From positions 22,047 through 86,046 of the forward strand of contig JAAPAO010000088.1 in the NCBI GenBank assembly GCA_013115145.1: a stretch of DNA of 64,000 nucleotides, in the 5' to 3' direction. Position numbers and translations under genes: made by a program. Every line of letters starts with the position of its first letter. The stretch's first letter is position 1. The DNA comes from Perkinsus chesapeaki ATCC PRA-425 (lineage: Eukaryota > Protista > Perkinsozoa). Positions 13,476 to 26,706 of this stretch are shown here, piece after piece. The notes below the pieces were generated by a model. That model saw nothing but the letters and a program-made list of their open reading frames with translations. It had not been told where the DNA came from and did not search any database.

Positions 13476-16400
13476 ATGTCTGGTGTCGGCACTAACAGCT
13501 CAGTTGTCCCAGACCATCAGCCTGGTGGAGGCCCACAAGGATGCACTCTACTTATCTATTACGATAAAGGGGTGCCACCAACACAACAGGAACTACAAAA
13601 GCGTATTGAGAATGTAATAATGTTATTTAGTCAACAATCCTGCCAAACACATTTAATATTTTCGGAACGTTTTTTTCTATTTAAAAATCCCCTTGGTCCT
13701 AGATGTGAGATAGACCTTGATTTCGAGGACATGTTGTTGTCGCTGACAAGGACGGCGGGCAGCCATTATGCTGGTTAACTTGGTAAATATTGGGCACCTC
13801 AATTGTTATATTTATGTACATTATTAGTAGAATTATTTATTCTAATGACATTAAAATATGCATTGTTAGTTTATATAGCAATACCCGGTATTGGTTATCC
13901 ATAAATAGGCTAATATATCGCTCTGCGCTTGGCAAGGTTCGTATAGATGTCGATTTATTAAAGATTCATATAAAGGTCGATTTGATAAAGATTCGTATTG
14001 AGGTCGATTTGATAAAGATTCATATTGAGGTCGATTTGATAAAGATTCATATAGAGGTCGATTTGATAAAGATTCATATAGAGGTCGATTTGATAAAGAT
14101 TCACATAGATGTCGATTTATTAAAGATTCATATAGAGGTCGATTTGATAAAGATTCATATAGATGTCGATTTATTAAAGATTCATATAGAGGTCGAATTA
14201 ATAAAGATTCATATTGAGGTCGATTCCAGCTTTTCCGGTTTTTTCATAACTATTATCTTTCTCAGGCGTGTGCGGCCAACCAGCGTAACTCAGACAAGTT
14301 GATTGCCGTTCTCGAGGAACTGTTGCTGCTTATGATCAATGGCGAGTCATATCCTAGGTTGCTCATGACAATGATAAGGTAATTTCATGGCGCGCGTGAA
14401 AGCATCTCTTAGATACTTTTCGGCTCAGGTTCGTAGTTCCCAAGCAGGATCATCGTGTAAAGAAGCTCTTAATGATGTAATACCGGCGGACCTTAACTCT
14501 GAGTTTCACTGGCGCTTTCGGGCGGTATCGCACTAGCAAGAATTTCAACTGAGGCGTCCCGTGCCTTAGCATCCCATGCATTATCGGAATAGACGTTGGC
14601 TTCCCTCGCTCGTCAAATTTCATCGTCGATTCGTCATAGTAAATACGTTGCTGGGAGATGACGAACTCTACCGGAATTGGGCGAAGCTTCGATCAAATTC
14701 TTGCTCCTTGGGAATGTTCATTGTAAACTGCGCGCGTGAGATGCTGGTTATATAGTGCTATATATTTCGTACCACACTTTGATGCGATTGGGGAGCTTAC
14801 CTCGAATGTTAGCTACTGGGAGCTCTGTGAGAAGACTAATGAAGATGGCAGTCTTAAGGAGGAGATGATTCTGGTTGTCAATGCCCTCAGAAACGACCTT
14901 ATGCATCCGAATGAATATGTTCGGGGAAGTAAGGCTCTAAGGCATTTTCGTGGCGCGTGAAGTTGGTTTATAGGTACTTTGCGATTGCTGTGTAAACTGA
15001 AGTATTATCGGATCCTCGAGCCGTTGACTGAGGCAATCCTCCGTAATTTAACCCACCGTCACAGTTACGTCCGGAGGAACGCGGTGATGTGCGTGTAGGA
15101 ATTCTGATAAGGTATTTCGCAACTGTTTGAGGGTCTGTTGGTAGGTACGCTATAGTGAGCACTTTCGGGGAGGAAATGATGCCAACAGCTTCCCAAGAGG
15201 TGGAGAATTTACTATTGGTAGTGGTGCATCGCTCCGCTAAGATTTGAGTTTTATTTGGCGTTTTTAGGTTGAAGGGGACTTGTCTACGAAGCGTAATGCA
15301 TTTTTGATGTTGATGTTGACGCCACATAATGAGGAGAAGGCTATGAACTATGTTTTCTCTATGCAGGTGAGTAGCAGGAGGAGATTAGTCACCTTCTGGG
15401 AAATATTAAATTCGCATGAGTTTTGCATAAGCGACGCTTTCCTGGGTTATATGCGGGACATTAAGTGTCGCTTGTGTAGAGTTAGGTTATAGGAGGGGAA
15501 GTAAATTCCCCTGATTCCAGATGCTTTCATAACCTCTACGGTCTCCCTTGTGAGCCGAGCTTGCTCGAATGCATGGAGGGGATGCATGAGACTTTCGAAT
15601 CTATAAGATAGAGGCTTTTTAGTTTTACTATACATAACTTCCAGACAATGTATTGTGGGAACGCTTCTTTAACGGATACGTTCTCACTGTTCATATTTCA
15701 GGACCAAGTGGCTACATTGGGCGACATCTGCCAACTGGTTATTCTGGAGTTGATCAGGAGAGTTAATAAACACCATCCTGAGATGAAGGGACAACTTTTA
15801 AAGGTGAAATAGTCTAGTTGGTTATACTGTTGGCATTTGAATCGTACAGTCGTTGGTTCTAATCCTAGGAGCGTCGTTTTAGGTTGTATATACTTTGAGG
15901 GAAGCTCCAAGCCCAGCAGTGCAATATGAAACCGCTAACACTTTGGTTATTTTATCGAAGTCCCATGTTGCCATTGGAGCCGGTAAGCCTCTTGCTGTTT
16001 CCCGTACGTCAGTGGGTCGGTGCCGAGAGTGCCGTTGGGTAGCTGTGGAACGGATGATTGATTTTTACGAGAAGGATAGATCGTAGTATCCATTGGCGAG
16101 GCCAATGATTAATGAGAATCATAGAGTGCGAGAAGGCATTTTAAAGGAACTTGGAGCATATTTTATATCTGGGTTAAATCTCCTTACATCCAGCATCTGC
16201 TCTAGCATCACTGGGTGCATATATATTAGATCTACCTTTGCAATGTAATCTCCGCGCTGCTGCGTGATTGAAGTACGGACGGTGAATTCCTACAGCCTTC
16301 CTTTTACGTGTGCAATCAACTGTTGTTTTGTTTCAGCGGCCGAGGCTTATGTGAATCTTGTTATTACACAAGCTGATAATAACGTCAAGCTCATCGTCCT

Positions 16401-19400
16401 CGATAAGATAGATCTCCTGAGGAAGCGCTATAAACAAGTAATAGGCTTTATGCATTGTGCCATCGCGAGCCATTTGTATTGTAGGCGTTGGAGCCATTGG
16501 TGATGGATTTGCTCAGGGGCCTGTCGTGCCCTGCTGTGGAGGTTAGGAGGAAGATTCTAGATATCTGCACACCACTGGTAGTAATCTTGTTGGGTACATT
16601 CGGGGCTACTGTTTATGAGGAAATATATTTTTTGCGTGGAAGATGCATGGTTGAATGCGTTGGTGGGCCGCATGGCGCTCGAAAGCTTGCGGTGATATAG
16701 TTATCGGTGGTGCTCAACTTTGACCGTGTCCGGTCTGAGTCATCATTGCATTTACGATAATGTGAATCCAAACAGGTGCAAGATATATATTTATTATGAG
16801 ATTCATATTATTAGCTAGGCCGTCGTGACGAGGAGGCTAGGCGCGCGAATTCAGTTACTTAATTTTTTCCAACCAGTAATAAATAGTTCGGATTTTTCAG
16901 GTCAACAGTCGTAACATTGGAGACGTTGTTGGCCTCCTTAAAAAGGAGCTTGTTAAGACTCAGGATACGAGTACCTCTGAGGGCAACACTGAGGTGCTGA
17001 AAAGATCCTTCCTAAGTGGAGCGGAGTGAATGTCATCATCATTGTCAGTATCGTCGTTTGCTTATTCGAGCACTTCACTTGTGCACTATACGCGTTGGTG
17101 ATGCTAGCTATGCCAATCAAGTGGTGTCGGTGCTGTTGGATATACTTACTGAGCAGACGGACGCTAAAGCATCTGGTAGTAGATTTGAGAGGGTTGTGCA
17201 GTATTATAGCCGCATATAACAGTATCTTATTTTAATATAATCTTTATGGGTATTATATGTATGCTATTAGTAGTGCCAATTGTATGTGATATAATGGTAA
17301 AGAGAATAAACTAAGTATGATAGTGGAGGCGGATGGAAGGCATCTTTGCGCACTGGGAATATTTCATCTTCAGATTCGGCGGCAGTTGCGGCTGATATTG
17401 TTATGTTTATAAGGGAGACGATTATCCGACATGCGCAGCTTCGTGAGAGTATCTTGACCAGATTGGTAATGCATGGGTTAACCTTGGATACTCCAAGAGA
17501 GTTGTTGCATTTCAGTCGGAGAGTTTACCCGAGATTCGACAGTCTCGTGTTATTAGAGGCTGCCTCTGGCTGCTGGGAGAGTTCTCGCCAGGTAAGTCGT
17601 CCTTTGCGCATGCGTGCAGAATTATTGTGTCGGTGATTGTAGACTGCGGTAAGGAGGTGTCCCAGAGTGTGCTGGAGGGCATCGTTGAATGTGTGTCACC
17701 GTTGCCGATCAAACCGAAGGCTGGTGAAGCCGAGAAGGAGGAGAAGCCTGAGGCGAGTGCGGACACCGGTAGGGCTCGGTTGATGGCGAGGGAGAGGATC
17801 TTGTTGTGAGATAAGTGTGGTCTGAATTCGAGAGGGGCAGTACGAGTTTTTGATTGGATTACATCAATGTTGTCCCGCACGTGGGTGAATGGAATCGTTG
17901 AGGAAAAATCTGGATATATTACTTTTCTCGGGAAGATTGTTTTCGATTGTCGCAGCAGGAAGTGAATTTTTATTTTGTTAGGTACTAAGGTTACCACTAG
18001 AACGGTTGTTTTGGCCGATGGTACGTATGCGAACGAGACAGTGTAGGTTTGAGGGGATCTTAGCTTGAAGGTTGCACTTGTTAATTTTCAAGATACGATG
18101 GAGGTGCAGCAGCTGAGGAGGATAAGAATGATAAGGACTCGAAGACACCTATGCGTAAGGAAGGGTATCTTAGGTCCATGCGTGCAGGATACGAAATAGT
18201 TGAACTATATGTGATGTTTGCTCACACTTTGGTTATGTTAGGAATTTATTTTGGTATGCGTTTTAGGTAAACTCATCGCGGAAGGAGATTCTTTGTTATG
18301 TACCATGGTGGGAGTGACGGCCACTAAGTTGTTGGTTAAAGGAGGATTACGTAGGCTAGACGGAGCGAAGTTTTTTATTTATTTCTCAGTTGGAGACTGC
18401 CCTGTTTCTCTGAAGAATCAGGTCTGTTTTTTATTGGCCAACTTGGTTAAGCTTTGCGAGAATACATCAAAGCAGGAAGGTAAGCGTTAAACTTGACCTG
18501 TTTTGTATCTTACGTGCTTCAACCTGAGATACTCTTTGATGACTTAGGTGCTACTTATGCGGACTCATCTGCCGGTGGTAATATCAACGGCACCGTCACA
18601 GACACTGATGCGGTGAGCCGCTTGACCCAGTGCGTTCGGGCCATTATCACTTCTAATAAGAGCGTAAGTCCCGGGTTCGATCCTCGCACTTGTCATTCTT
18701 CATGCATTTATATCTCAGATCGAACGCAGTTGCAAACGCGAGTGGGGCTCTGGTAACGATGCTCGGAACGCTCTCAAGCAGGTATGGAGGAGATCGCGGG
18801 TTCGAATCCTGGGAGGGGCATTTTATTAGGTGTTGGAAGTGGAGGCGGGCGAGGACCCGGCTTATGCTGATGACGGCAGTTCGCGAGAAACCAGCAAGCA
18901 GCCCGATGATCTTATTTTCTTTAGACAACTCAAGCCAGGTAGTGTCCTGGTGGATGAGCGGCTGGTTGCTGTGTCGAAGGTCGTGGGTTCGAGTCCCAGG
19001 TGAGGTGTTTTTCAGGCGCTACTGTCGATGATGATGGTGATGACTCGGGATGTGATCTATTCCAGAGTGATGACAGTTCCATGATAACTGCATCAACCAT
19101 GGATGGTTCATCTGCTAGCGAACTGGAGTCTGGCGCGCTCTTTGCTGAGAGACTTGACAAGTAAGGAACAGTGGCTACTGTATAGCTGCATTCTCTCTTC
19201 CGAACGTTCCTTGGATGTATTGGTTGGTCCTGCACATGGTCACCGCAGGAGTAATTACAGGGGCTCCACTCGACCTATTCAGAAAACCCAGATTAGCTTA
19301 TTTAACCGGGTTTTGGGTTCTGGGTTTTGGGTTTTCGGGTTTTCAAGTCTGTCCAGGGTTGGTGGGATTTGATGTCACTATCTCGTGTTTAGGGTATTGC

Positions 19401-21204
19401 CGATGACTGGTCTAGCGGACCCAGTGTATGTGGAGGGCTTCCTCAGAGTTCATAGTTTCGACCTGGTAAGGGCGGAGCGAAGCGATTACTCTTTCGCATT
19501 TTTCGTGCACAGGTTTTGGAACTGAACGTATTTAACCGCACAAATACGACTTTACAGAACATCCAAGTCGAGCTCAGCACTCAAGGTAAGCAGTGGCGGT
19601 TGATGTTATCGCAGAGGGCGCACGCTCTGGTGATCGATTTTAGGTGACTTGAAGATCGTTGAAAGGCCGCAATGCGTGACTTTGGCTCCGGGGGCTAATG
19701 CTGTGGTTTATGCCACCATTAAGGTGTCCTCTACAGAGACTGGTGTGATTTATGGTTATGTGGCTTATGATATGAAGTCTGCTGATGATAAGGTAAGGGA
19801 GGTTGAAGCGTGCATTTCGCGGAATGAAAGATACTTTTGTTCAGGAATCTTTGGTGCTTAATGAGCTCCATGTTGATATTTTGGACTACATTGAAAGGGC
19901 TTGGGTGAACGAGCTCAACTTCAGGACAATGTGGTAGGAATAATCTGTGCTTCGCTCCGCCTGCGAAATCGGCATTTTTCGTAGGTCTGAATTTGAGTGG
20001 GAGAACAAGATCAACATCACTAATACAAGTGTGGGGCCTCGCGAGTTTTTGGCGAACCTTATGGAGAACACTAATATGAGTATAGTCGGCAGAAGAGAGG
20101 TAAATGATCTCAGCGGAGCGAAGCGATTCATGTTTTACGGTTTTTAGGTTCGAGTTGGTGTGAAGGCTGGGGATGAGAATCATACGGCTAAGAAGGTAGT
20201 TTTTGGTAGGATGTCCAGTATCGCCAATTTCAGTAGAGATCAGTACTTTAATAAGGGAGAAAAATGGTTTTTTATCAAGTATTGAAATTCCTGTCACCAA
20301 TTGTAAATATTGTCAACTAAGAATATATTACAGTTTAAAAGCTACGGGCATACTTGACGACGCAGCTGCGAGGGGTGCCGGTGGATGCTTTCGAGTTTCC
20401 GTGCGCGATATGTAAAACGTCGACGAGACACGTGATGTGCATTTGCCATCTCTGAATAGGCTCATATGCGTATGGCGAAAAGCATCAGATCGGCCTTGAC
20501 GGTAGAACTCCAATAGATGTGTTAAAGTGGTCAATTATATATATTCCTTGTATATGTAAAATAGATGGGATGGTATTACAGAGCAGTCCTGCGCTGAACC
20601 TGTAGAGCTTCACGGAGCTTCATTTATGAAAACTCCTATATAGTATTGCATATCTTAGAGTAATGGCTCTTATGATTAGTTTGCCGGTGGTGCAATAGTG
20701 TGGAGGATAATGTAGTGTATAGCGGTAACCGTTTAAACACTTTAATAGAATGCATGTCAACATTGGACTTGGGAAGCTGGCTGGATTTCACAGAATTGTT
20801 TTTAGGCACAAGTGAAGGCGGAAGTTGACAGGGAATTGAACGAGTCGAGTAGTCTTTCTAAGCTTTTAGGACCACAGTCGAAGTTCGTGGCTGTTAACTT
20901 GTAATAATTGGGAATCTTGCGAGTGCGATGGAGTATCTTTGTGACGGAGCTTGACCTTAGATACGCCCGTTCTATCTTCGGGGAGGATGCTTTGGCCAAT
21001 GTTTCTCTCGAGAAGAATCCAGATGGATCGCTGAGCGGATCGGTGCGCATCCGATCCAGAACACAGGGCATTGCGTTGAGCCTCGGTGACCGCATTACGC
21101 TCATTCAAAGGAAGCAGCAGCAAAAGCAAAATCAAAAGAAGCCGACGGCTAAGCGGAGCGAAGGAGTGAAGGCTGCTGCTGCTGAGGCACCACAGCTGTT
21201 GTAA
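13476..21204 (+). CDS. COPB1: Coatomer subunit beta (beta-COP), many exons
   Basis: [21 protein letters not shown]; [23 protein letters not shown]|[13 protein letters not shown]...[13 protein letters not shown]; [13 protein letters not shown]; QLTGL(A)DPVY.E region near 19385-19440; [14 protein letters not shown]; C-terminal [38 protein letters not shown]. Confidence 0.95.
13940..14226. repeat. 27-bp minisatellite (gaggtcgatttgataaagattcatata), about 10 copies, in a COPB1 intron
   Basis: Direct reading; it yields the in-frame IHIEVDLIK pseudo-repeat of ORF 13790-14302. Confidence 0.95.
15803..15874 (+). pseudogene. Degenerate tRNA-like relic inside a COPB1 intron
   Basis: GGTGAAA TAGTCTAGTTGGTT ... 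GTTGGTTCTAATCCTAG: A-box and B-box at tRNA spacing, but acceptor and anticodon stems do not pair. Confidence 0.5.
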
Positions 21205-22250
21205 ATGGCGGGAAATTTTGTGGCGCGTTTTTATCGGTGAATGAAGGCGGGCTATTTTAGGTGAACAGTTTCAATGGAGAGTGTTTGGCTTTGTGTTGAT
21301 GAGGTTTTCACAATGGGATAGCTAGAGGTGTCAGAATAATAGGCGGAGCGAAGTTTTTCTGGCAGTTTTTTGAAGGAAAGATTGTCAATATTGCACGGGA
21401 TAATATGTCAGTGGCGATCAGCCCGCAGACCGCAATAGGCCCGGCGAGTTATGATGCATTGGAAAAGGAATATAAAGAGCATGGAGGGAAGGTAATGAAG
21501 AGGGGTGGCGGATGGATAGTGGAGGGGTGATTGATGGTAGATGGTAAAGGAAGAGAGACGGTCTAGTGGCAGCAGCGGCAGCAGTCCTTCTAGCTCTTAT
21601 TTGGACGATTTGCATCCCAGTCAGGTAGGATAGAGGTGGTGGTCAGATTTATCTGGGTTCCTTATGGTGAGTTGGACTTCGAGTCGAGGAAATTGGTCAT
21701 TATAACTGTGATAGTCGATGAATTGTTTTACCCCGAATGGCCTCACTTGCATCTGTTTTTTATCTGTTGTATGGACACAGGCCAACTGTTCGGTTATCTT
21801 ATAACTCTTGCTTTTATAAGAACGTGAAGTAATCTCATTATTCCGACGGCATCATCCCAAAAAGTTGTTGAAGGCTGTTGGCTTATTCAACGGAGCTGGA
21901 TGGGAAATATAATCACCAATAGAGTCAGTGATGACATGTGCGGGTGTTATCCAATATTAAACTACTCTTTTTGTCTATAGCCCATGTAAGGATTTTACAC
22001 ACACGAAACGGCTGATCGATTTAGAGTCGTGTTTTCAGTTTTCATTTTAGTACTCGTGCTTGATATTTCGCTTGACAACGCTCAGTGTTGAGTGCGGAAT
22101 TGGGAAAATACGAATTATTCTGTTTTATGTATATGGATATCGTAATTGTATATAATACAATCTATCTGAAGTCAATAATCTGTTCGTCAATGTGACTAGT
22201 AGTCCGTGTCTAGTAGGTCCCTATATGTGTCTATGTACGTGTATGTGTCT

Positions 22251-23820
22251 AGTAGGTGCCGTTCCATAACGTCGATACTAAAACGAAGAAGTCAATGTTA
22301 AGAGGTTTGATGGTCCTTCAGAGGGTCAAGGCAGATAACCGTAATAGTTGGAAGCTGCTGGGAGCTGTGGTGTAGATGGTTGGTTGGTAGATGTCCACAA
22401 GGTGGCTGATCGATTGTATATCGGATCGATTGGTGGAGCATTGAATGTAGAGGAGCTACAAAAGAACGGTATTACACATATACTGTGTGTGGCGACTGGA
22501 ATCAAGTAAGGGCGGAGCGAAGCGTTTTTGGTTCTGCATTTTTGGTGTTTTCAGGCCCATGCACACGGACAAGTTTACGTATTATTCAGTGCAAATTCTG
22601 GACTCGGAATCAGAGAGTCTTTTGGACGTAAGAATCGGGCCAATGTGGGGGAGATGATTAGGCCATAGTCGAAATTGATAGGAGGCTCGGCTGGCACGGT
22701 GCGAACTAGGTCTCTATGTGTAGTAAAAGTGCTAGCCTTGGACCTGTTCATATTACTGTGTGATAAATGTAAATAGTCATTCTATCTGGTTTTGGGACCT
22801 ACAGATAGAACGTTGAATGTGGGAATAAAACAGTGTAGAGTTAGTGACCAGCTCCTGAGGTTGGCTGCGTGTTTGTGGCGATTGGGAGATAATTAATCGC
22901 CAACAAGTTAATTGGAGGTGTTCGCCAGAAGAGGTTGTGGGGGGATATTGCAGATATTCAGATATTGCCTGAGTGCTTGGCGTGGATAGCATCGTCTCTT
23001 AATGGGAGTGATAAGAACTCTGTTTTTGTACATTGCTTTGCGGGAAGGTAAGATCTGAGGAAGGAGCGGTATGGCTGGATATCGGCAGCCTGGCTTTTAT
23101 AAAGTTTGAAGGTGTGTTGGAGAAGCCAATGAGAAAGGAGAAGTTACGATGAATCTATATAAAATTTAGTTGTAAATTTGGTGTTAGAAATAATGTATCA
23201 TTCTAGTACTAATGAGTGCAGTATCGGAGCTATTTAAGAGGGTGGTGAGTATAAAAAATGAAGACCACCGTTTAAAGGACCGTTTATTATTGATATATAA
23301 GATAGTTAAAGTGAATGTCTGATAGTAGTATACTGTAACGAGTATATCGGATAAGGGGTGTATGGTCCTCCTGTGTCTAGTATGCATGTTCAGGTCCCGG
23401 TCTGTTGCTGTAGTCCTGGCCTATTTGGTGTATGCTCGTCACATGCCTTTGAGGCTAGCTTTCACGCACGTAATAGGTGTCTCGGATGCGGCTGCTCTTT
23501 ATACTTTGGACTTATACGAGTATATCGATTATAGATTATGTATGTAGTTTGAATTAGAACATCTATCAACCCGAAGAAACAGTCGTGGCTCGAAATAACA
23601 ATTGATTAGTGTCACCAAAGGGATCAAGCATTGTTGGGAAGTGCTTCCTACTAGTACACTTTTTATAGAAATTTTATTAGAGTATTTATTATCCCTTTTA
23701 TGTCAATGTGTATTATCTGTAATATAGCTGGTGTTGTTTCAGATTCGTCGAGTGCGGCCAGAAAGCTCGCCGAACTCGGGATTCATGCGCCAGTTGTCGG
23801 CCTTCGAGCAGAGTATGTTG
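22251..23820 (+). CDS. Dual-specificity protein phosphatase (atypical DSP), multi-exon; both ends approximate
   Basis: Exons read HKVADRLYIGSIGGALNVEELQKNGITHILCVA; YYSVQILDSESESLL; VFVHCFAGR|SRSVAVVLAYL (intact CX5R); IRRVRPESSPNSGFMRQL. Confidence 0.9.
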
Positions 23821-24149
23821 GCATGTAGTAGATATGAGGAAGATTCCCGGGTACCCGTGGGGAGATAGTTCATCAGAGCGTGGCACGATGGCGCTGCAGG
23901 GCCGAACGCATTTTAAGAAGTCATTTAATGACAACCGAAGGAATGCGCTCGCAGTTTCCCTTCGGAGCTTGTTTAATGGATGATGAGTGTGTCTCCGCAC
24001 TAAGAACACTCTATAGGCTTCGACAAATCTCAGCTATGCTTCATGGGAACCTTCCAAGCTGGCCTTGAGCTTTATGGTGACCGATGGGGTCAGAAGTGAT
24101 TGTGTAGAGGAAGATTTGTCTAGGCTCTTTTAACTGTAGAGGTTTCCAG

Positions 24150-25900
24150 GGAGCCGTTTTATAGTTGCACCTGAGAAGACTCTGTGAAGTTCGTAATGCA
24201 AAGATATTGGGAGATAACTCTACAATGCTGCTAGAGGCAATCGAAGATACATCTAGAATTCTGGTTAGGAGCCTCGTGTGCTTCCTATGAGCTGGAGTAT
24301 CTGCGTGTATCATCAGGGGGGGGGAATATCGGGTCCTATGGCAGACTAGGACCATATAACGGATTCTTAATTCACTTAGTGTTATTATATCCACTATTTG
24401 GGAAGTGTGTGCTTTAGGTAGAAGGTTCGAGTAAGAGCCAGGAGGAGATAAGGGAGGATGTCGCTGAGCTTGTTCCGGAGGCCAAGGAAATCTTACGTAG
24501 CTCAACTTTGGGGAGCGTGGGGTATTGATTTGTTAGACTCTATGGACAGTGATGGTGGTGGTAAGAGTGATGCACAGGAAGCTCCAACTGAGGCTGAAAT
24601 AGAGGAGCTGTGGGTTAGGGTTAGGAACGCGGCTGATGTAGGTGGGAGAGGATATAGTAGGTAGTTCGCGGGTAGCTGTTCATCGGAGTTCCTTCCGCTA
24701 TATATAAACCGCCGGTTTGAAGGTGAATTTACATTATTTCCAATTTCACGTATACGTGCTGGCGAAATACAGCAAGTCATCGTTTATGTGAAGCTCGGTT
24801 TATAGGGCGGGTTTGCGATGGTATAAGATCAAGGACAGGAGGTTATGGTTACGAAATTTGTGGGGTATTGAAGATAATAAATCTGGTCGGTTTTTGTAAC
24901 GTATGGCTCGAGGCAGCAGATCTGAGGGAAGTTCGGGGATAGAAACGTTTGAATCCCGATATTACCAGACTAGCCGGACCTCTGATGGATTGATCCTAAT
25001 TAGAAACGAATAATATCAGTTGCATTCCTTCGCCGTGAAATTGCTGACAATGTTAATAGTGTTTGTTTATCTGTCAGATGGTCGAAACTCGTAGACGTAG
25101 TTGCTCCACGTGTGATGATATCGGCTGTGGTGGGACATGTGGCAGGTCATTGAACAACTACTCAAAGGTAGTGAGAAGTATCCCGCTCATCGATTAGCTG
25201 AGCACGGATGGGCAGGATGTGTTTTATTATACTTGTATAGGCATTATATGCACTAAGTGTATGATACCTATTCAGTGTTATGTTTGTATAACCATTAACG
25301 AGCTGCAAGCCCCCATTCGTGGTCGCTGCTACAGGCCAGGGTTCGATTGAGCAGCTTGATTAAACCCTCATCGGCTAGTTCCTTTCCTTACGGCAGCGTG
25401 TTCGTCGATTGTTATTAATTCTTGAGAGATATAATAGAAACCTGAAAAAACGTAGGAAATTATGATATTGATTTATATTACTTCTCAGAATTATATTGTA
25501 TTGGAAATTTCTGATAAGTTCGTCGCCTTCGTCTGGAAGTTTAGATCCTAAATAGAGGCTTGCATGTTCAACGTCCAACACTATTTTACTGTGCAAGCAT
25601 ATCGAACCAGTGAATATAACGTATCATTGAGGGCCTCCATCTTCCTTGTTGTTCAGGGAGGTCGCCATAAGGACTCTCGTAATCGCTCCTCATCGTCCCC
25701 ATGTGCATTTGGTTTCCTTCGTCGACGCCATCAAGCCCCGCCAGTGAGACGATGTAGACCGGATAGTGCTGTAGATGATGGGGTGGAAGGCAAGGATGGA
25801 ATAGAACCAAGAGGTGGCCACCGACGAGCCAGGGACTTTATTAAAATGTTGCTGTTGGCTGTTGCTGCTGTTATCGCTGTAAGTGGGAGGGGGGCAAGGC
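24150..25900 (+). CDS. Hypothetical multi-exon coding segments (separate gene or DSP extension)
   Basis: AG/GT-bounded open segments such as HLRRLCEVRNAKILGDNSTMLLEAIEDTSRIL, DSMDSDGGGKSDAQEAPTEAEIEELW and MVETRRRSCSTCDDIGCGGTCG. No family recognised. Confidence 0.3.
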
Positions 25901-26706
25901 GATTGAATGGCCAGAGCGGGAGTAGGGAAAAGTTTGGTACTGGCTGGTTGCGTGCGATATATTTTATCATGTACTTTATATATTATAATAATTCATGAAT
26001 TTAAAATACTGCATTTATACTACAAGTTCGGATATATTGTGTGTAAGATTGAACCGTTTCAGATTCTGAAACGGTCGATCGATTTGTTGTGATTATCAGT
26101 ATATCCGTTCATGGGTTTTTGGAAGGCGTAAAAATAGTATTTAGCAGGCGATAATCCAATAATCATGTTATTGGTATATTTATTACTAAGCACATTGTGG
26201 AACTTATAATAGTGTTAGTAGTATATAGTTGTGATCAGTCTAAGTTAAATCGGGTTTACATTATACGAATGAATATTTCCCCCACCCATTTGTAGTAGGT
26301 GTCCTACCTATCATGTGAAATGCAACAACTGAAATGCCATATAGAATGCACCAAATCGCGCTTGTCTGGTGATACTCAGTTTAGTTCTTTCCTCTATTAT
26401 AATTTCTCAATCTTCCACTATGACAGGTTCTGATTATTCAACGGAACGTCGAGTCCCTTATGCCAATAACGCCTGGATGAGTCATATGTTATAATGGAAC
26501 ACTGTCTACTGTACGTATCACCAACGTATCTTAGGTTGAACTGCGCACCCGAAAGATTTCTGAAATCTAACATTGTATTATTGCATTGGCCATCTCATTT
26601 CGCTTGGGCTGCGGCCGGTATTTATTTTATTGCGCGCCTCGAGTTTGAGTGTCTCAATTTTTCACTGGTTGGTTGTAGTTGCACTAACGTTGACTGCACT
26701 TGACTA

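Noticed and set aside
13790-14302. ORF with IHIEVDLIK repeats
   Set aside because: Translation of a 27-bp intronic minisatellite inside COPB1.
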